Shown here: in pieces, positions 1-10,237 of the stretch
Layout: every line of letters begins with the position of its first letter
Numbering within the stretch: the first letter of the stretch is position 1
Assembly: GCA_039802605.1 (NCBI GenBank)
Contig: JBDRWW010000001.1
Coordinates: 192,001-256,000 of the forward strand
Direction of reading: 5' to 3'
From: a candidate division WOR-3 bacterium
GTDB taxonomy: Bacteria; Hydrothermota; Hydrothermia; LBFQ01
DNA: 64,000 nucleotides
Position numbers and translations under genes: made by a program
The notes under the pieces: model-generated
Told to the model about the DNA's origin: nothing
The model's input: the letters and a program-made list of their open reading frames with translations, nothing else
Databases searched by the model: none

Positions 1-780
1 AACCTCAATGTTATGGTGGATATTCAGAGGTGGAACGGGGATACGCTTCTGGGTGTTGGTTTAAACTATATATTCGGTCAGTCGGGCGTTTTTAGGAGTT
101 TTAACGGGGGTTTAAGTTGGGCAAACACCTACCCCTATGCCCTTCCTTTAAATTATTACTCCTTCACCCACAAAATAATAAAATCCGGTTTAAGTCTTTA
201 CCTTTTGAGGGAAACCACAAATGTCTTTGTTTCAAATGACATGGGTACGAGTTTTAACATAATACCCAACCCCTCACCAAACGATACGATACTATCAATA
301 TGCCCGGCAAATAGTGGGTTTTACGCCCTGGTTTCCTCCCCAACATTTGACGGCATAAGGCTTTATAACGGGAGTTGGACGGATGTTTGGACTTCCCCTT
401 TGTACATATTACCAAACAGACTTTTGGCGGATATATCCTCAAACGGGAATTTCGTGGCGGCCACATTTAGCTATCCTTTACCAATTGTTTATTACAGGGG
501 TATAACATCAACCACCGAGGGCATGGATACCCTTCCGGATTACATATTACCAACCGCTATAAGCATAACCGCGAATAATAGGATAATAGTTTGTAGTGTT
601 TGGACAACGGGTTGTGTTATCAGCGATCCTTTGACTGGGATATCGGAAAGGGTTTATAAGACATCCGCAAAAGGTTCGGTTATATACGATGTTTTGGGCA
701 GGAAGGTGAAGGGTATGGATAAGAGGGGTGTTTATTTTGTGAAAGAGGGGGGAAAGGTTAAAAGGGTGATTGTTAGGTAA
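1..780 (+). CDS. Secreted BNR/Asp-box protein with T9SS type-A-like C-terminal domain (5' truncated by window edge)
   Basis: Frame is open from base 1. Asp-box motifs SFNGGLSW and SNDMGTSF; C-terminus IYDVLGRKV...GVYFVK...KRVIVR. Confidence 0.7.
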   Translation, partial: NLNVMVDIQRWNGDTLLGVGLNYIFGQSGVFRSFNGGLSWANTYPYALPLNYYSFTHKIIKSGLSLYLLRETTNVFVSNDMGTSFNIIPNPSPNDTILSICPANSGFYALVSSPTFDGIRLYNGSWTDVWTSPLYILPNRLLADISSNGNFVAATFSYPLPIVYYRGITSTTEGMDTLPDYILPTAISITANNRIIVCSVWTTGCVISDPLTGISERVYKTSAKGSVIYDVLGRKVKGMDKRGVYFVKEGGKVKRVIVR

Positions 781-835
781 ATGTAAAAGCCATCTTTATT
801 TCGCATACGGTTCCTACGAGTTTCGGCTATATAAA

Positions 836-2791
836 CTAATACAGTTTTCTTTTTATCTCCTCATAGGCCCTCTTTACTTCCTCAATGCTTGCCTCATCTT
901 CAAGCGTTGTTATATCTCCCAAAGATTTCCCCATAAAAACCGCCCTTAAAAGCCTCCTCATAATTTTCCCACTCCTCGTTTTCGGGAGTTTATCCACAAA
1001 CACTATCGCCTTCGGAACTGCTATTGGGCCTATAATCCTTTTGACCTGATCTTTTAATTCATCCTCTAACCCCCCATAAGGGTTTATCCCTTCCTTTAAA
1101 ACGACAAATGCAACGGGAACTTCCCCTTTAACCTCATCCGGTATGCTAACGACTGCGGCTTCCGAAACCTTATCGTGTTCCACAAGTGCGGATTCAATTT
1201 CATAAGTTCCCAGTCTATGACCCGCGACATTCATAACCTCATCCGCCCTACCCAAAACCCAAACATAACCGTCGTTATCCATTATGGCAAAATCTCCGGT
1301 ATAAAACTTCCCGGGGAACTTTTCCCAATAGGTTTCCACATATCTTTTATCATCCCCCCAAATGCTTAGGGGCATCCCCGGCCAAGGTGTGGTTATAACA
1401 AAATATCCCTTCTCACCTTTATCGGCTTTACTTCCGTCGGCTCTCAATACCTCTACCCCGATACCCGGTATGGGCAAACCGTTTGTACCCGGCTTTAAAG
1501 GTACCAGTTTCCACCCCGGCGTATGCGAAACCATTATTCCACCCGTCTCCGTCATCCACCAAGTTGATCCAACGGGACACCTACCACCTCCCACCAAAGA
1601 AAAATACCACTCCCAAGCCTCTGGATTTATAGGCTCCCCTACTGAATGCAAAATCCTTAAAGTGGAAAGATCGTATTTTTTAACATAATCGTCCGAATAC
1701 CTCATAAGCAACCTTATGGCCGTGGGGGAAGTATAAAATATGCTAACCCCATACCTTTCAACAATTTTCCACCAAATCCCCGGATCCGGCCAATTGGGTA
1801 CCCCCTCATACATAACGCTCGTTGCGCCCATCATAAGGGGACCAAAAACTATATAAGAATGCCCGGTTATCCAACCTATATCCGCAGCACACCAATAAAC
1901 ATCATCGTCGTTTATATCAAAAACCCACTTCATAGTGGCATGCAGTATAACCGCATACCCTCCGGTATCATGAACTATCCCTTTGGGTTTCCCGGTGGTT
2001 CCGGATGTGTAAAGTATAAAAAGCGGATGGGTGGATTCTATCTCCAAAGGTTCCAAATATACATTCTTCGGAACATCGGATAAGATTTCTTCCGCAAACA
2101 CATCTTTTTCATCCTTCTCCCAACCCCTCCCAAGCCTACGAACCACTATAACCTTTTCAACGGGATGTTCTTTTAAAACCTCCTTAACATTCGTTTGTAA
2201 AAATATTTCCTTACCCCTGCGATAATAACCATCCGCCGTTATCAGTATTTTTGCATCGCAATCCTTCATCCTCTGGGCCAAAGCGCTACCGGAAAATCCC
2301 GAAAAAACCACCGAAAATATCACCCCTATCCTTGAAAGGGCGAGCATAACCGTGGGTAACTCCGGTATCATAGGAAGATATATTGCAACCCTATCGCCCT
2401 TTTTGAGACCGAGTTTCTCCTTAAAAACATATGCCCACCTATTAACTTCGCGGTACAGTTGGTAATATGTAATTATCCTTTCAACCCCGTCCTCTCCGAG
2501 ATGAAAGTAAGCCACCTTGTTTTTCTTACCGTTTTTTATGTTTTTATCAAGGCACAAATAGGACATGTTAAGCGTTCCATCTTCAAACCATTTATAAAAA
2601 GGATGCGTTCCCGTTACCGATTTTGTGGGTTTTTTAAACCACTCTATGTTTTCCGCAACTTTAAGCCAAAAATCCGCATTGAGGGTTTTTGAGTGTTCGG
2701 ATAAGTATTCCTCCGGCGAAAGGAATTCCCAACCCTTTACGGTTATATATTCATCAAAGGGCAAACCAACATCCCTATCCTTTCCCATCAT
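836..2791 (-). CDS. acs: Acetyl-CoA synthetase (AMP-forming)
   Basis: YTSGTTGKPKG, TWWMTETGG and LPKTRSGKIMRR motifs. Start placed at ATG 2791, 9 nt after a TAGAAT box. Confidence 0.95.
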   Translation of the reverse strand: MMGKDRDVGLPFDEYITVKGWEFLSPEEYLSEHSKTLNADFWLKVAENIEWFKKPTKSVTGTHPFYKWFEDGTLNMSYLCLDKNIKNGKKNKVAYFHLGEDGVERIITYYQLYREVNRWAYVFKEKLGLKKGDRVAIYLPMIPELPTVMLALSRIGVIFSVVFSGFSGSALAQRMKDCDAKILITADGYYRRGKEIFLQTNVKEVLKEHPVEKVIVVRRLGRGWEKDEKDVFAEEILSDVPKNVYLEPLEIESTHPLFILYTSGTTGKPKGIVHDTGGYAVILHATMKWVFDINDDDVYWCAADIGWITGHSYIVFGPLMMGATSVMYEGVPNWPDPGIWWKIVERYGVSIFYTSPTAIRLLMRYSDDYVKKYDLSTLRILHSVGEPINPEAWEWYFSLVGGGRCPVGSTWWMTETGGIMVSHTPGWKLVPLKPGTNGLPIPGIGVEVLRADGSKADKGEKGYFVITTPWPGMPLSIWGDDKRYVETYWEKFPGKFYTGDFAIMDNDGYVWVLGRADEVMNVAGHRLGTYEIESALVEHDKVSEAAVVSIPDEVKGEVPVAFVVLKEGINPYGGLEDELKDQVKRIIGPIAVPKAIVFVDKLPKTRSGKIMRRLLRAVFMGKSLGDITTLEDEASIEEVKRAYEEIKRKLY

Positions 2792-2826
2792 GGTATGCAT
2801 ATTCTACGGAAGTATAATTCCCAACT

Positions 2827-3237
2827 ATGGAAAAATGGGCGAAACTATTTTTCAACGGTGAAAATTTTGATGTGGAAACCGATTCCGGGAATTTAAATGT
2901 GGGCGATAATTCTTTATCTCCCATGGGTTTGCTATTGGTGGCCCTTGGGGGATGTACTGGAATGGATGTTTCTTCGATGCTTAAAAAGATGAAGAAAACC
3001 TTTGATTTAAGGATTGAGGTGTTTGGGAAAAGGGCGGAGGAACACCCCAGGGTTTATAGGGAAATCCGCCTAATCTATTACATATCTGGTGATGTCGATG
3101 AAAGGGAAGTTAAAAGGGTGGTTTCCCTCTCTTTAAACAAGTACTGCTCGGTTTCCGCAATGCTCAGCAAGTCATGTCCTATATTTTATACGGTTTACCT
3201 AAACGGAAAGGAGGTTGAAGGTGGAAAGAAGGGATAA
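2827..3237 (+). CDS. OsmC/YhfA family protein
   Basis: SPMGLLLVALGGCTGMDV and KYCSVS Cys pair. Confidence 0.9.
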   Translation: MEKWAKLFFNGENFDVETDSGNLNVGDNSLSPMGLLLVALGGCTGMDVSSMLKKMKKTFDLRIEVFGKRAEEHPRVYREIRLIYYISGDVDEREVKRVVSLSLNKYCSVSAMLSKSCPIFYTVYLNGKEVEGGKKG

Positions 3238-4069
3238 ATGGCATATAAGGGGTAAAATCCTAGATGTATCCGATACGATAATTATGGGCATTCTCAACAT
3301 TACACCGGACAGTTTTTACCCGGGTAGTAGGCTAAAAGGGGTTGATGAAGCCTTAAAAAGGGCGGAAGAAATGATAAAAGGCGGGGCAAAAATACTTGAC
3401 ATAGGTGGGGAGAGTACGAGACCGGGTTCGGAACCCGTAGGAGAGGATGAGGAAAAGAGAAGGGTTATACCCGTCATAGAAGCCGTTAAAAAGGAGTTTC
3501 CCGATGCGGTTATATCTATAGACACATATAAATCCTCGGTGGCTAAGGAGGCCGTTGAGGCGGGAGCGGAAATAATAAACGACATATCGGGAGGTGTTTT
3601 TGACCCGGATATATTAAAAGTGGCAAAGGATTACGATACCGGAATAATTTTAAACCACATAAGGGGAAATCCAAAAACCATGCAGGAAAACCCGTATTAT
3701 GAGGATGTGGTTGGGGAGGTGAAGAAAGAGTTAATGGAAAGGGTACAAAGGGCTTTAAATGCGGGTATAAAGCCGGAAAGTATATGCATAGACCCGGGTA
3801 TAGGTTTTGGTAAGAGGTTGGAGGATAATTTAAAACTTATAAAAAATGCGGATGAATTCGTAAAAACGGGATATGTCGTCCTTTATGGGGTTTCAAGGAA
3901 GAGTTTTATAAAAATGGCCTTGGGTTATGAAAATCCGGAGGATAGACTATTTGCAACCTTAGGTGTTAATGCATATCTGTACTTAAAGGGGGTTCATATC
4001 CTAAGGGTTCATGATGTTAAGGAAAATATGGATGTTATTGATATTTTGAGGTTTGTGAAAAATGCCTAG
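3221..4069 (+). CDS. folP: Dihydropteroate synthase
   Basis: MGILNITPDSF, DIGGESTRPG, DPGIGFGK, SRKSF and RVHDV motifs. GTG start follows GGAGG. Confidence 0.97.
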   Translation: MERRDKWHIRGKILDVSDTIIMGILNITPDSFYPGSRLKGVDEALKRAEEMIKGGAKILDIGGESTRPGSEPVGEDEEKRRVIPVIEAVKKEFPDAVISIDTYKSSVAKEAVEAGAEIINDISGGVFDPDILKVAKDYDTGIILNHIRGNPKTMQENPYYEDVVGEVKKELMERVQRALNAGIKPESICIDPGIGFGKRLEDNLKLIKNADEFVKTGYVVLYGVSRKSFIKMALGYENPEDRLFATLGVNAYLYLKGVHILRVHDVKENMDVIDILRFVKNA

Positions 4070-4853
4070 CGAACTCGTTAAAGAGGGGGAGTACATAATA
4101 CTTTTTGGAGGACCCGATGCAAACTTTATAACGGAGTACAGGCCGGGAAAGGCTATACATTCCCATAGGGGGATATTTTACCTCCCGGAAAACCTTAAAT
4201 GGGGTGATGCTTTGGTATCAAGTAAAGGGAGGGTTTTTTATGTTATAAGGCCTTCAAATGCGGATTTCATATTGCGTTTAAAGCGCAAAACGAATATATT
4301 TTATCCGAAGGATATGGGTTTGATTTTGCTATACACAAACTTTTCCCCACTATCAAAGGTTGTGGAGGTTGGAACGGGTAGTGGTGCCATGGCGGTTTTA
4401 ATCAGCAGACTTTTAACCCCTCCGGGTAAGTTGTTTTCATACGACAATAACCCAAAGCATCAGAGGATTGCGAAGGAGAATATTGAAATGTTTGGAAAAC
4501 CCGAAAATGTCGTTTTTAGGCTTAGGGATGTCTATGAATGCGGTTTTTTGGAAAGGGATGTTGATATTGTTATAATTGATGTTCCGGAACCTTGGAGGGT
4601 TGTTCCACATGCTTACAAATCCTTAAAGGGTGGGGGATTTTTGGTTTTTGCATCCCCAAACATAGAGCAGGTTAAGGAAACCCGTAAAGTTATGGCGGAA
4701 ATGGGTTTTACGGCTATGAGAACCGTAGAGGTTCTTATGAGGGATTGGCAAATAAGGGATGTGGGTTGTAGGCCGGAACACGAGATGAGGGGGCATACCC
4801 TATTTTACTCCTTTGGTAGGAAAACCCTTAGAAGTTCAAAAGATACCACATAA
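4062..4853 (+). CDS. trmI: tRNA (adenine-58-N1)-methyltransferase
   Basis: IFYPKD, EVGTGSG, DVPEPW and SPNIEQV motifs of the GCD14/TrmI family. Confidence 0.9.
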   Translation: MPSELVKEGEYIILFGGPDANFITEYRPGKAIHSHRGIFYLPENLKWGDALVSSKGRVFYVIRPSNADFILRLKRKTNIFYPKDMGLILLYTNFSPLSKVVEVGTGSGAMAVLISRLLTPPGKLFSYDNNPKHQRIAKENIEMFGKPENVVFRLRDVYECGFLERDVDIVIIDVPEPWRVVPHAYKSLKGGGFLVFASPNIEQVKETRKVMAEMGFTAMRTVEVLMRDWQIRDVGCRPEHEMRGHTLFYSFGRKTLRSSKDTT

Positions 4854-5556
4854 CTTCGTCTTTTTTCCAAGGTGGCGTCGGCTTTTCCCCACCCCATACC
4901 GTAGTGTCTCCCACAATTAAAACCTTTTCCTTACAATCACCGAGGGCATAAACCTTAAAAGACCTATTTTTTTCAAAACCGTTTATTGGGCATATTTGAA
5001 AGGCCAAGAAACCATCACCGTATAAATCCGACAAATCCAAACTAACGGATTGTCCTTTAACCAACTTTAAAAGGTCCCTCTGTTCCATCATCGTAAAGGC
5101 ATAAACCCTAAAAATGTATTCTTCTGCCCTTCCCATCCACTTTATGTCCACTTCACCCCAATCCGGGAGGAAATCCCCCAAAGGTTCCAATATTTTGTTG
5201 CATTCGGGAAATGTTAAAAGGAACCTGTTCTTTGATATTAAAACCTCAACCGTGTCGCCGGTTTTAAACTTGGATGTATAAACGCTTATAGGTGTTGAAT
5301 CCATAACGAGGTTCTGGGTGTAATTTGTTCCGTATGTCCCCAAAAACACCCTACTGTGGTATTCAAATGTCCTTTCCTCACCCTTTGAAATGACGGAAAC
5401 CCTTATCTTTTTGCCTATGGTATCCGGTTGAAAGGCGCACAATCCGTTCCCATCCCTTGAAAGTACAACAACCATATTTCCGGGAAATACTTCTTCCCTT
5501 TTAAAAAGGGTAGCACACGATAGAACAAATGCGCTAAACGGAAGAATATACCGCAT
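4828..5556 (-). CDS. Hypothetical lipoprotein
   Basis: Lipobox-like VLSC at residue 14; 242-aa ORF following thiE. Confidence 0.65.
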   Translation of the reverse strand: MRYILPFSAFVLSCATLFKREEVFPGNMVVVLSRDGNGLCAFQPDTIGKKIRVSVISKGEERTFEYHSRVFLGTYGTNYTQNLVMDSTPISVYTSKFKTGDTVEVLISKNRFLLTFPECNKILEPLGDFLPDWGEVDIKWMGRAEEYIFRVYAFTMMEQRDLLKLVKGQSVSLDLSDLYGDGFLAFQICPINGFEKNRSFKVYALGDCKEKVLIVGDTTVWGGEKPTPPWKKDEVMWYLLNF

Positions 5557-6145
5557 CCCTTATCCTCCTCGTCGCATCCTCGGGGTCTGGGGATTTTAGA
5601 ACCGCACTAACCACGGCCACGCCGTATGCGCCTTTCTTAACCATTTCGCGGGCCCTATACTCGTCTATCCCTCCTATCGCGTAAAAGGGTATCTTTAAAA
5701 CTTCCTTAGCCCTTTCAAATAAAGAAAAGTCCGTTATTTCCTTCTCCTTTGTGGGTGATGGGTATGGGCTTGAAAAGGCCACATAATCCACACCCCTTTC
5801 TTGTAATTTCAAGGCTAAATCCAAATCATCATAGCAGGAAACCCCTAAGATTTTCCCCCTTAGAATTTCCCTAGCCCTTTCAAAAGGCATATCATCCTTG
5901 CCTATATGGGCCCCCGAGAATACCCTCCCCAATTCAACAAAATCGTTTATTATTAGTGGAACACCGTAATCAAGGCATATTTTAAACAATTCCGAAGCAA
6001 CTTTCTGTACCCTTTCGGGTTCCCAATCCTTAGCCCTTAACTGAATAACATCCGCACCACCCTTCAAAACCCTTTCACAAACCCCAGGCATATCGCCCTC
6101 ATCAACATAAAAACTGTCAATAATTATATAAACCCTTCCCAACAA
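5534..6145 (-). CDS. thiE: Thiamine-phosphate synthase
   Basis: QLRAK, LIIND, GAHIGKDD, SPTK and AIGGI motifs. Confidence 0.92.
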   Translation of the reverse strand: MLGRVYIIIDSFYVDEGDMPGVCERVLKGGADVIQLRAKDWEPERVQKVASELFKICLDYGVPLIINDFVELGRVFSGAHIGKDDMPFERAREILRGKILGVSCYDDLDLALKLQERGVDYVAFSSPYPSPTKEKEITDFSLFERAKEVLKIPFYAIGGIDEYRAREMVKKGAYGVAVVSAVLKSPDPEDATRRIRDAVYSSV

Positions 6146-6178
6146 GTTGGAAATTTTAAAGCCGTAGAATAAACGGCT

Positions 6179-8140
6179 ATGAATTGGGAAGAGGTTGCAT
6201 ACTATTGCCTGTTATCCCGACAAATGGATATAAAGGAGAAAAGGGAGAGATTACCCATGAGCTTTTCCGCAGCCGGGCATGAACTGGTTCAGGTTTTAAC
6301 CGCATTACTTATGGAACACAAAAGGGATGCCGCCGCGGTTTATTACAGGTCAAGACCCTTTGCCCTTGCAAGCGGCGTTAAACCGGAAGATATATTTGCC
6401 GCAAATTTGGGTAAAAGTGGTTTTCCCTCAAACGGCAGGGATGTGGGTATGATGTATTTTCTACCAGAAGGAAAGGGGAAAAACATAATTTTACCAACCG
6501 CGGGCGATGTGGGTAGTCAGTTTCCAAAGGCCCTGGGTTGGGCACAGGCGATAAGGTATCATAGCGAAGTTTTGGGAAACAGCGAATGGGAAGGGGCGGT
6601 TGCGGTTGCCATGGGCGGTGATGGGAGTATTGCTTCAAATGGGTTTTGGAGCGCTTTAAATGCCGCAACGACATTAAAACTTCCTCTAATTTTTGTTATA
6701 GAAGACAACGGTTGGGGTATAGGTGTTCCATCTTATTTACAAACGCCGAACGGAAATATAGCGGAAAACCTTAAAAACTTTGGAAACTTAAAGGTTTTGG
6801 ATGGTGTGGGTTATGTTCCGGAGGAAACGCTTGGGGTTTTAAAGGAGGGGTTTAACCACGCGAGGATGGGTAAAGGTCCAGTTTTGGTAAGGTTAAGGGT
6901 TGCGAGGATTGAGGGACATAGCATAAGCGATAGGCAGGAGTATAGGAGTAAGGAAGAGTTGGAAGAAGAATCGCAAAAGGACCCTTTAAATTATTTAAAG
7001 GCTTTGGTTCCAAACTGGGAAAATCTGGAAGAGAGGGTAAAAACGGATATCGAAAGGGCTTGGGAAGAGGCCATAAAAAGGGATTATCCGAAGGGTGAAA
7101 GTGCAAAAAGGTTTGTTTTCTTTGAGGGTGAGAGGGCTTATGGAGATGCTACTAGGAAATTCTCATTTAACAAACATCCTAAGATGAAAATGGCATTGGC
7201 GATAAGGAAAGCCCTTGAAGAGGCTTTGGAAGAGGATAAAACGGTTTTAATTTTTGGTGAGGATGTTGGTTTAAAGGGTGGGATTTATGGGATAACGAGG
7301 GGTTTAATGGAAAGGTTTGGGGGAAATAGGGTTTTTGACACATCTTTGAACGAATTGGGAATTGTGGGAAGGGCGGAAGGTTTGGCAATATCCGGATTAA
7401 AGCCAATTGCGGAGATACAGTTTAGAAAGTATGCGGATGAGGCGAGGCAGGCCATACATAATATAGGTTTTCTAAGGTGGAGGACTTACAATAACTTTTC
7501 CGCACCCGTTATAATAAGGATACCCGTGGGCTTTATAAAGGGAATATCGGATCCTTGGCATAGTTTTTCGGCCGAACAGGAGTTCTTACATATGTTCGGT
7601 TGGAAGGTTGCATACCCTTCAAATTCCGAGGATGCGTATTATTTGTTAAAAGACGCCCTTTCCTCAAACGATCCGGTGATATTCTTAGAGCATAGGGAGT
7701 TATACTTCTCAAAGTTGGCGGAAAGGGAGATAAAGGAATACCTTCCCTTTGGAAAGGCGAGGTTTTTAAAGGGGGGGAATTTATTGACCGTTGTGAGTTG
7801 GGGGTATATGGTTTATGAGGTATTGGAGGGGGTTGATGGTTTGGATGTTGAGGTAATAGATTTGAGAACTTTGAGGCCTTGGGACGAGGATGCGGTAATA
7901 AACTCCGTAAAAAAGACGGGAAGGCTGCTCGTAGTCCATGAAGATTCTTCAACCTGTGGTTTTGGGGCGGAAATAGTTTCAAGGGTTGTTGAAAGGTGTT
8001 TTGGATTTTTAAAGTGCGCACCCAAGAGGTTAGCCGTTCCGGATATACCGGTACCCTTTTCAAAAACACTTTTTGAAGAGGTGGTTCCGAACTCACAAAA
8101 GATAAGGAATGCTGCCCTTGAAATAATACAGCAACATTAA
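6179..8140 (+). CDS. Fused E1 alpha/beta subunit of 2-oxoacid (branched-chain/pyruvate) dehydrogenase
   Basis: TPP motif GDG...EDN, GHS, then beta-subunit motifs GEDVG, EIQF and IDLRTL. Confidence 0.92.
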   Translation: MNWEEVAYYCLLSRQMDIKEKRERLPMSFSAAGHELVQVLTALLMEHKRDAAAVYYRSRPFALASGVKPEDIFAANLGKSGFPSNGRDVGMMYFLPEGKGKNIILPTAGDVGSQFPKALGWAQAIRYHSEVLGNSEWEGAVAVAMGGDGSIASNGFWSALNAATTLKLPLIFVIEDNGWGIGVPSYLQTPNGNIAENLKNFGNLKVLDGVGYVPEETLGVLKEGFNHARMGKGPVLVRLRVARIEGHSISDRQEYRSKEELEEESQKDPLNYLKALVPNWENLEERVKTDIERAWEEAIKRDYPKGESAKRFVFFEGERAYGDATRKFSFNKHPKMKMALAIRKALEEALEEDKTVLIFGEDVGLKGGIYGITRGLMERFGGNRVFDTSLNELGIVGRAEGLAISGLKPIAEIQFRKYADEARQAIHNIGFLRWRTYNNFSAPVIIRIPVGFIKGISDPWHSFSAEQEFLHMFGWKVAYPSNSEDAYYLLKDALSSNDPVIFLEHRELYFSKLAEREIKEYLPFGKARFLKGGNLLTVVSWGYMVYEVLEGVDGLDVEVIDLRTLRPWDEDAVINSVKKTGRLLVVHEDSSTCGFGAEIVSRVVERCFGFLKCAPKRLAVPDIPVPFSKTLFEEVVPNSQKIRNAALEIIQQH

Positions 8141-8151
8141 AATTCCCGCCA

Positions 8152-9162
8152 ATGAAAATATCCTTTTGGATAAAGGCTTTAAGGGTTATACCGAGAATAG
8201 ATAAGGAGGAATGGGATAAACTTGATTTCATATCCAAATGGCTTATTTTGACGAGGGCGGCCGTTTTCGTGATAACGCTAATACCTTCCTTCATAGTGGC
8301 AATATTATCGTATTTGAACGGGAAGTTTGATTTTATAAATTGGTTTATTTTTACGGTAGGTATAGTTTCCGCACACGCCCTTAACAACATGCTAAACGAC
8401 CTTACGGATTATTTAAAAGGGGTTGATAAAGACAACTATTTTAGGGCTCAATACGGTCCCCATGCCCTTGAACACGGTTTAACAAACAAGAAAGAGTTCT
8501 TTGCGTATGTGGTATTTACGGCCTTTGTAGCGTTGGCCGTTGCGGTTTATTTTATATACCTAAGGGGTATAAGCGCCTTACTTTTGGTGATTGCCGGTTC
8601 ATTTTTTGTTCTGTTTTACACATACCCGCTCAAATATATAGGCCTTGGTGAATTAAGCGTTTTAATCGTTTGGGGTCCCCTTATGATAGGCGGAGGATAC
8701 TATGTAATAACCAACGAGTGGAATTTAAATGTTATCCTTACGAGTTTCATTTACTCCCTTGGGGCGACAAGCGTCCTTATGGGTAAGCATATTGACAAAT
8801 ATGAGGATGATAAATCCAAAAAAATCCACACACTACCCGTTATTATAGGCAAGAAAAACGCGAGATTGTTAAACATAGCCCTGATGTCCTTGCAATACAT
8901 AATAACCGTTTATATGGTGTTAATCGGATTCTTTAAAATTACAATGTTGGTGGTTTTGATCGGCCTTTACTGGTTTTTCAAAAGGACATTGAAGGTTTAT
9001 TTAAGCGAAAAACCCAAGGAAAAACCAAAGGATTATCCCGACGGTGTGTGGCCGCTTTGGTATGTAGCCTTTGCATTTGACCACAACAAAAAGTTTGGAT
9101 ACCTATTTGTTTTGGGTTTGCTATTGGAGGTGATACTAGAAATGAATCGTTCCGCTATATAA
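8152..9162 (+). CDS. menA: 1,4-dihydroxy-2-naphthoate prenyltransferase (UbiA family)
   Basis: NDLTDYLKGVD, YTYPLKYIGLGE and DxxxD...TLPV motifs; multi-pass membrane protein. Confidence 0.8.
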   Translation: MKISFWIKALRVIPRIDKEEWDKLDFISKWLILTRAAVFVITLIPSFIVAILSYLNGKFDFINWFIFTVGIVSAHALNNMLNDLTDYLKGVDKDNYFRAQYGPHALEHGLTNKKEFFAYVVFTAFVALAVAVYFIYLRGISALLLVIAGSFFVLFYTYPLKYIGLGELSVLIVWGPLMIGGGYYVITNEWNLNVILTSFIYSLGATSVLMGKHIDKYEDDKSKKIHTLPVIIGKKNARLLNIALMSLQYIITVYMVLIGFFKITMLVVLIGLYWFFKRTLKVYLSEKPKEKPKDYPDGVWPLWYVAFAFDHNKKFGYLFVLGLLLEVILEMNRSAI

Positions 9163-9172
9163 TTCTTTTATC

Positions 9173-10213
9173 ATGTTAATGGCATTACTATCCGCACCTT
9201 TAACGCCGGAGCAGTTGGAGCATATGAAAAGTGGTGGGGATTGGGTTCCATTTACCCTATTTTCCCCACCAGCGGGTGTAATAAGCGTGTCCATGATGGA
9301 CCCTCAAATATACACATTCCAATATCCACCCGGTCAGGAACATTACAGATTGGGTTGTTGGTGTAACGGATTCGGGGTTGGACATACATACGGGGGTACA
9401 TTTTACGGATATACCGACGGTGATGCCAGTTATTATTCTTTAACAAATCTCGGATCAGGGTACGGCACTTGGGGACCATCAGTTTATCAGTGGTGGACGA
9501 GAACACAAACAACCGATGGGAGGATAGAGGTTTATCAACAATATTCCTATTGTCCATCCGTAGGGGCTTTAAGGGGTAGGGCCACTATAAGGAATCTTAC
9601 GGGATATACCCTAACGGGTGTAAAATTCAAAAGATACATAGATTGGGATATGAATCCGGGATATTTCGTGAATAACTATTTTTACTGGGATGCCGGAAAC
9701 TCTATGTGCTATGCAGTTGCAAACAGTTGGGCGCATTATGCGGGTTTAACGGGAATAACACCTACAAGCACATATGCACTTTACGGATGGTCATACTACT
9801 ATACATACAATACCACGATTGATTATACATCATATACTGGTGATGGGTATTGCCTTTTGGATTGGTACATAGGAAACCTAGGCCCTTATGCGAGTGTGGA
9901 TATAAATTATTGCTATGTCGCCGGTAATTCTTATTCCGCTTTGGTTTCCGCAAGGGCGCTTTGTGGAACATGTCCCCTTGCAAGCGATGGAGAATTGGGT
10001 GTAGATGAAGGCAATTCTATAAAAAACCCATCCTTTGAGTATTCCAACGGTTTTATAGTGGTTAGGAATTATTCCGGTGATATAACTATATACCGTCTTG
10101 ACGGTTCAATATACGCGAAGGGGAAATTCAAGGATGGCGACAGGATAAGGGTTAACAAGGGTGCCTATATCATTAAGATAGATGGGGCTACATTCCGAGT
10201 TGTTGCCAAATAA
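9173..10213 (+). CDS. Secreted Tyr/Gly-rich hypothetical protein with T9SS-like C-terminal domain
   Basis: C-terminus IYRLDG...KGAYIIKI...RVVAK; very short hydrophobic N-terminus. Confidence 0.7.
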   Translation: MLMALLSAPLTPEQLEHMKSGGDWVPFTLFSPPAGVISVSMMDPQIYTFQYPPGQEHYRLGCWCNGFGVGHTYGGTFYGYTDGDASYYSLTNLGSGYGTWGPSVYQWWTRTQTTDGRIEVYQQYSYCPSVGALRGRATIRNLTGYTLTGVKFKRYIDWDMNPGYFVNNYFYWDAGNSMCYAVANSWAHYAGLTGITPTSTYALYGWSYYYTYNTTIDYTSYTGDGYCLLDWYIGNLGPYASVDINYCYVAGNSYSALVSARALCGTCPLASDGELGVDEGNSIKNPSFEYSNGFIVVRNYSGDITIYRLDGSIYAKGKFKDGDRIRVNKGAYIIKIDGATFRVVAK

Positions 10214-10237
10214 TATTAAAGATAAGGGGCATACCTT

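Noticed and set aside
7533..8390. 285-aa minus-strand ORF
   Set aside because: Antisense shadow of the E1 and menA genes, with no recognisable motifs.
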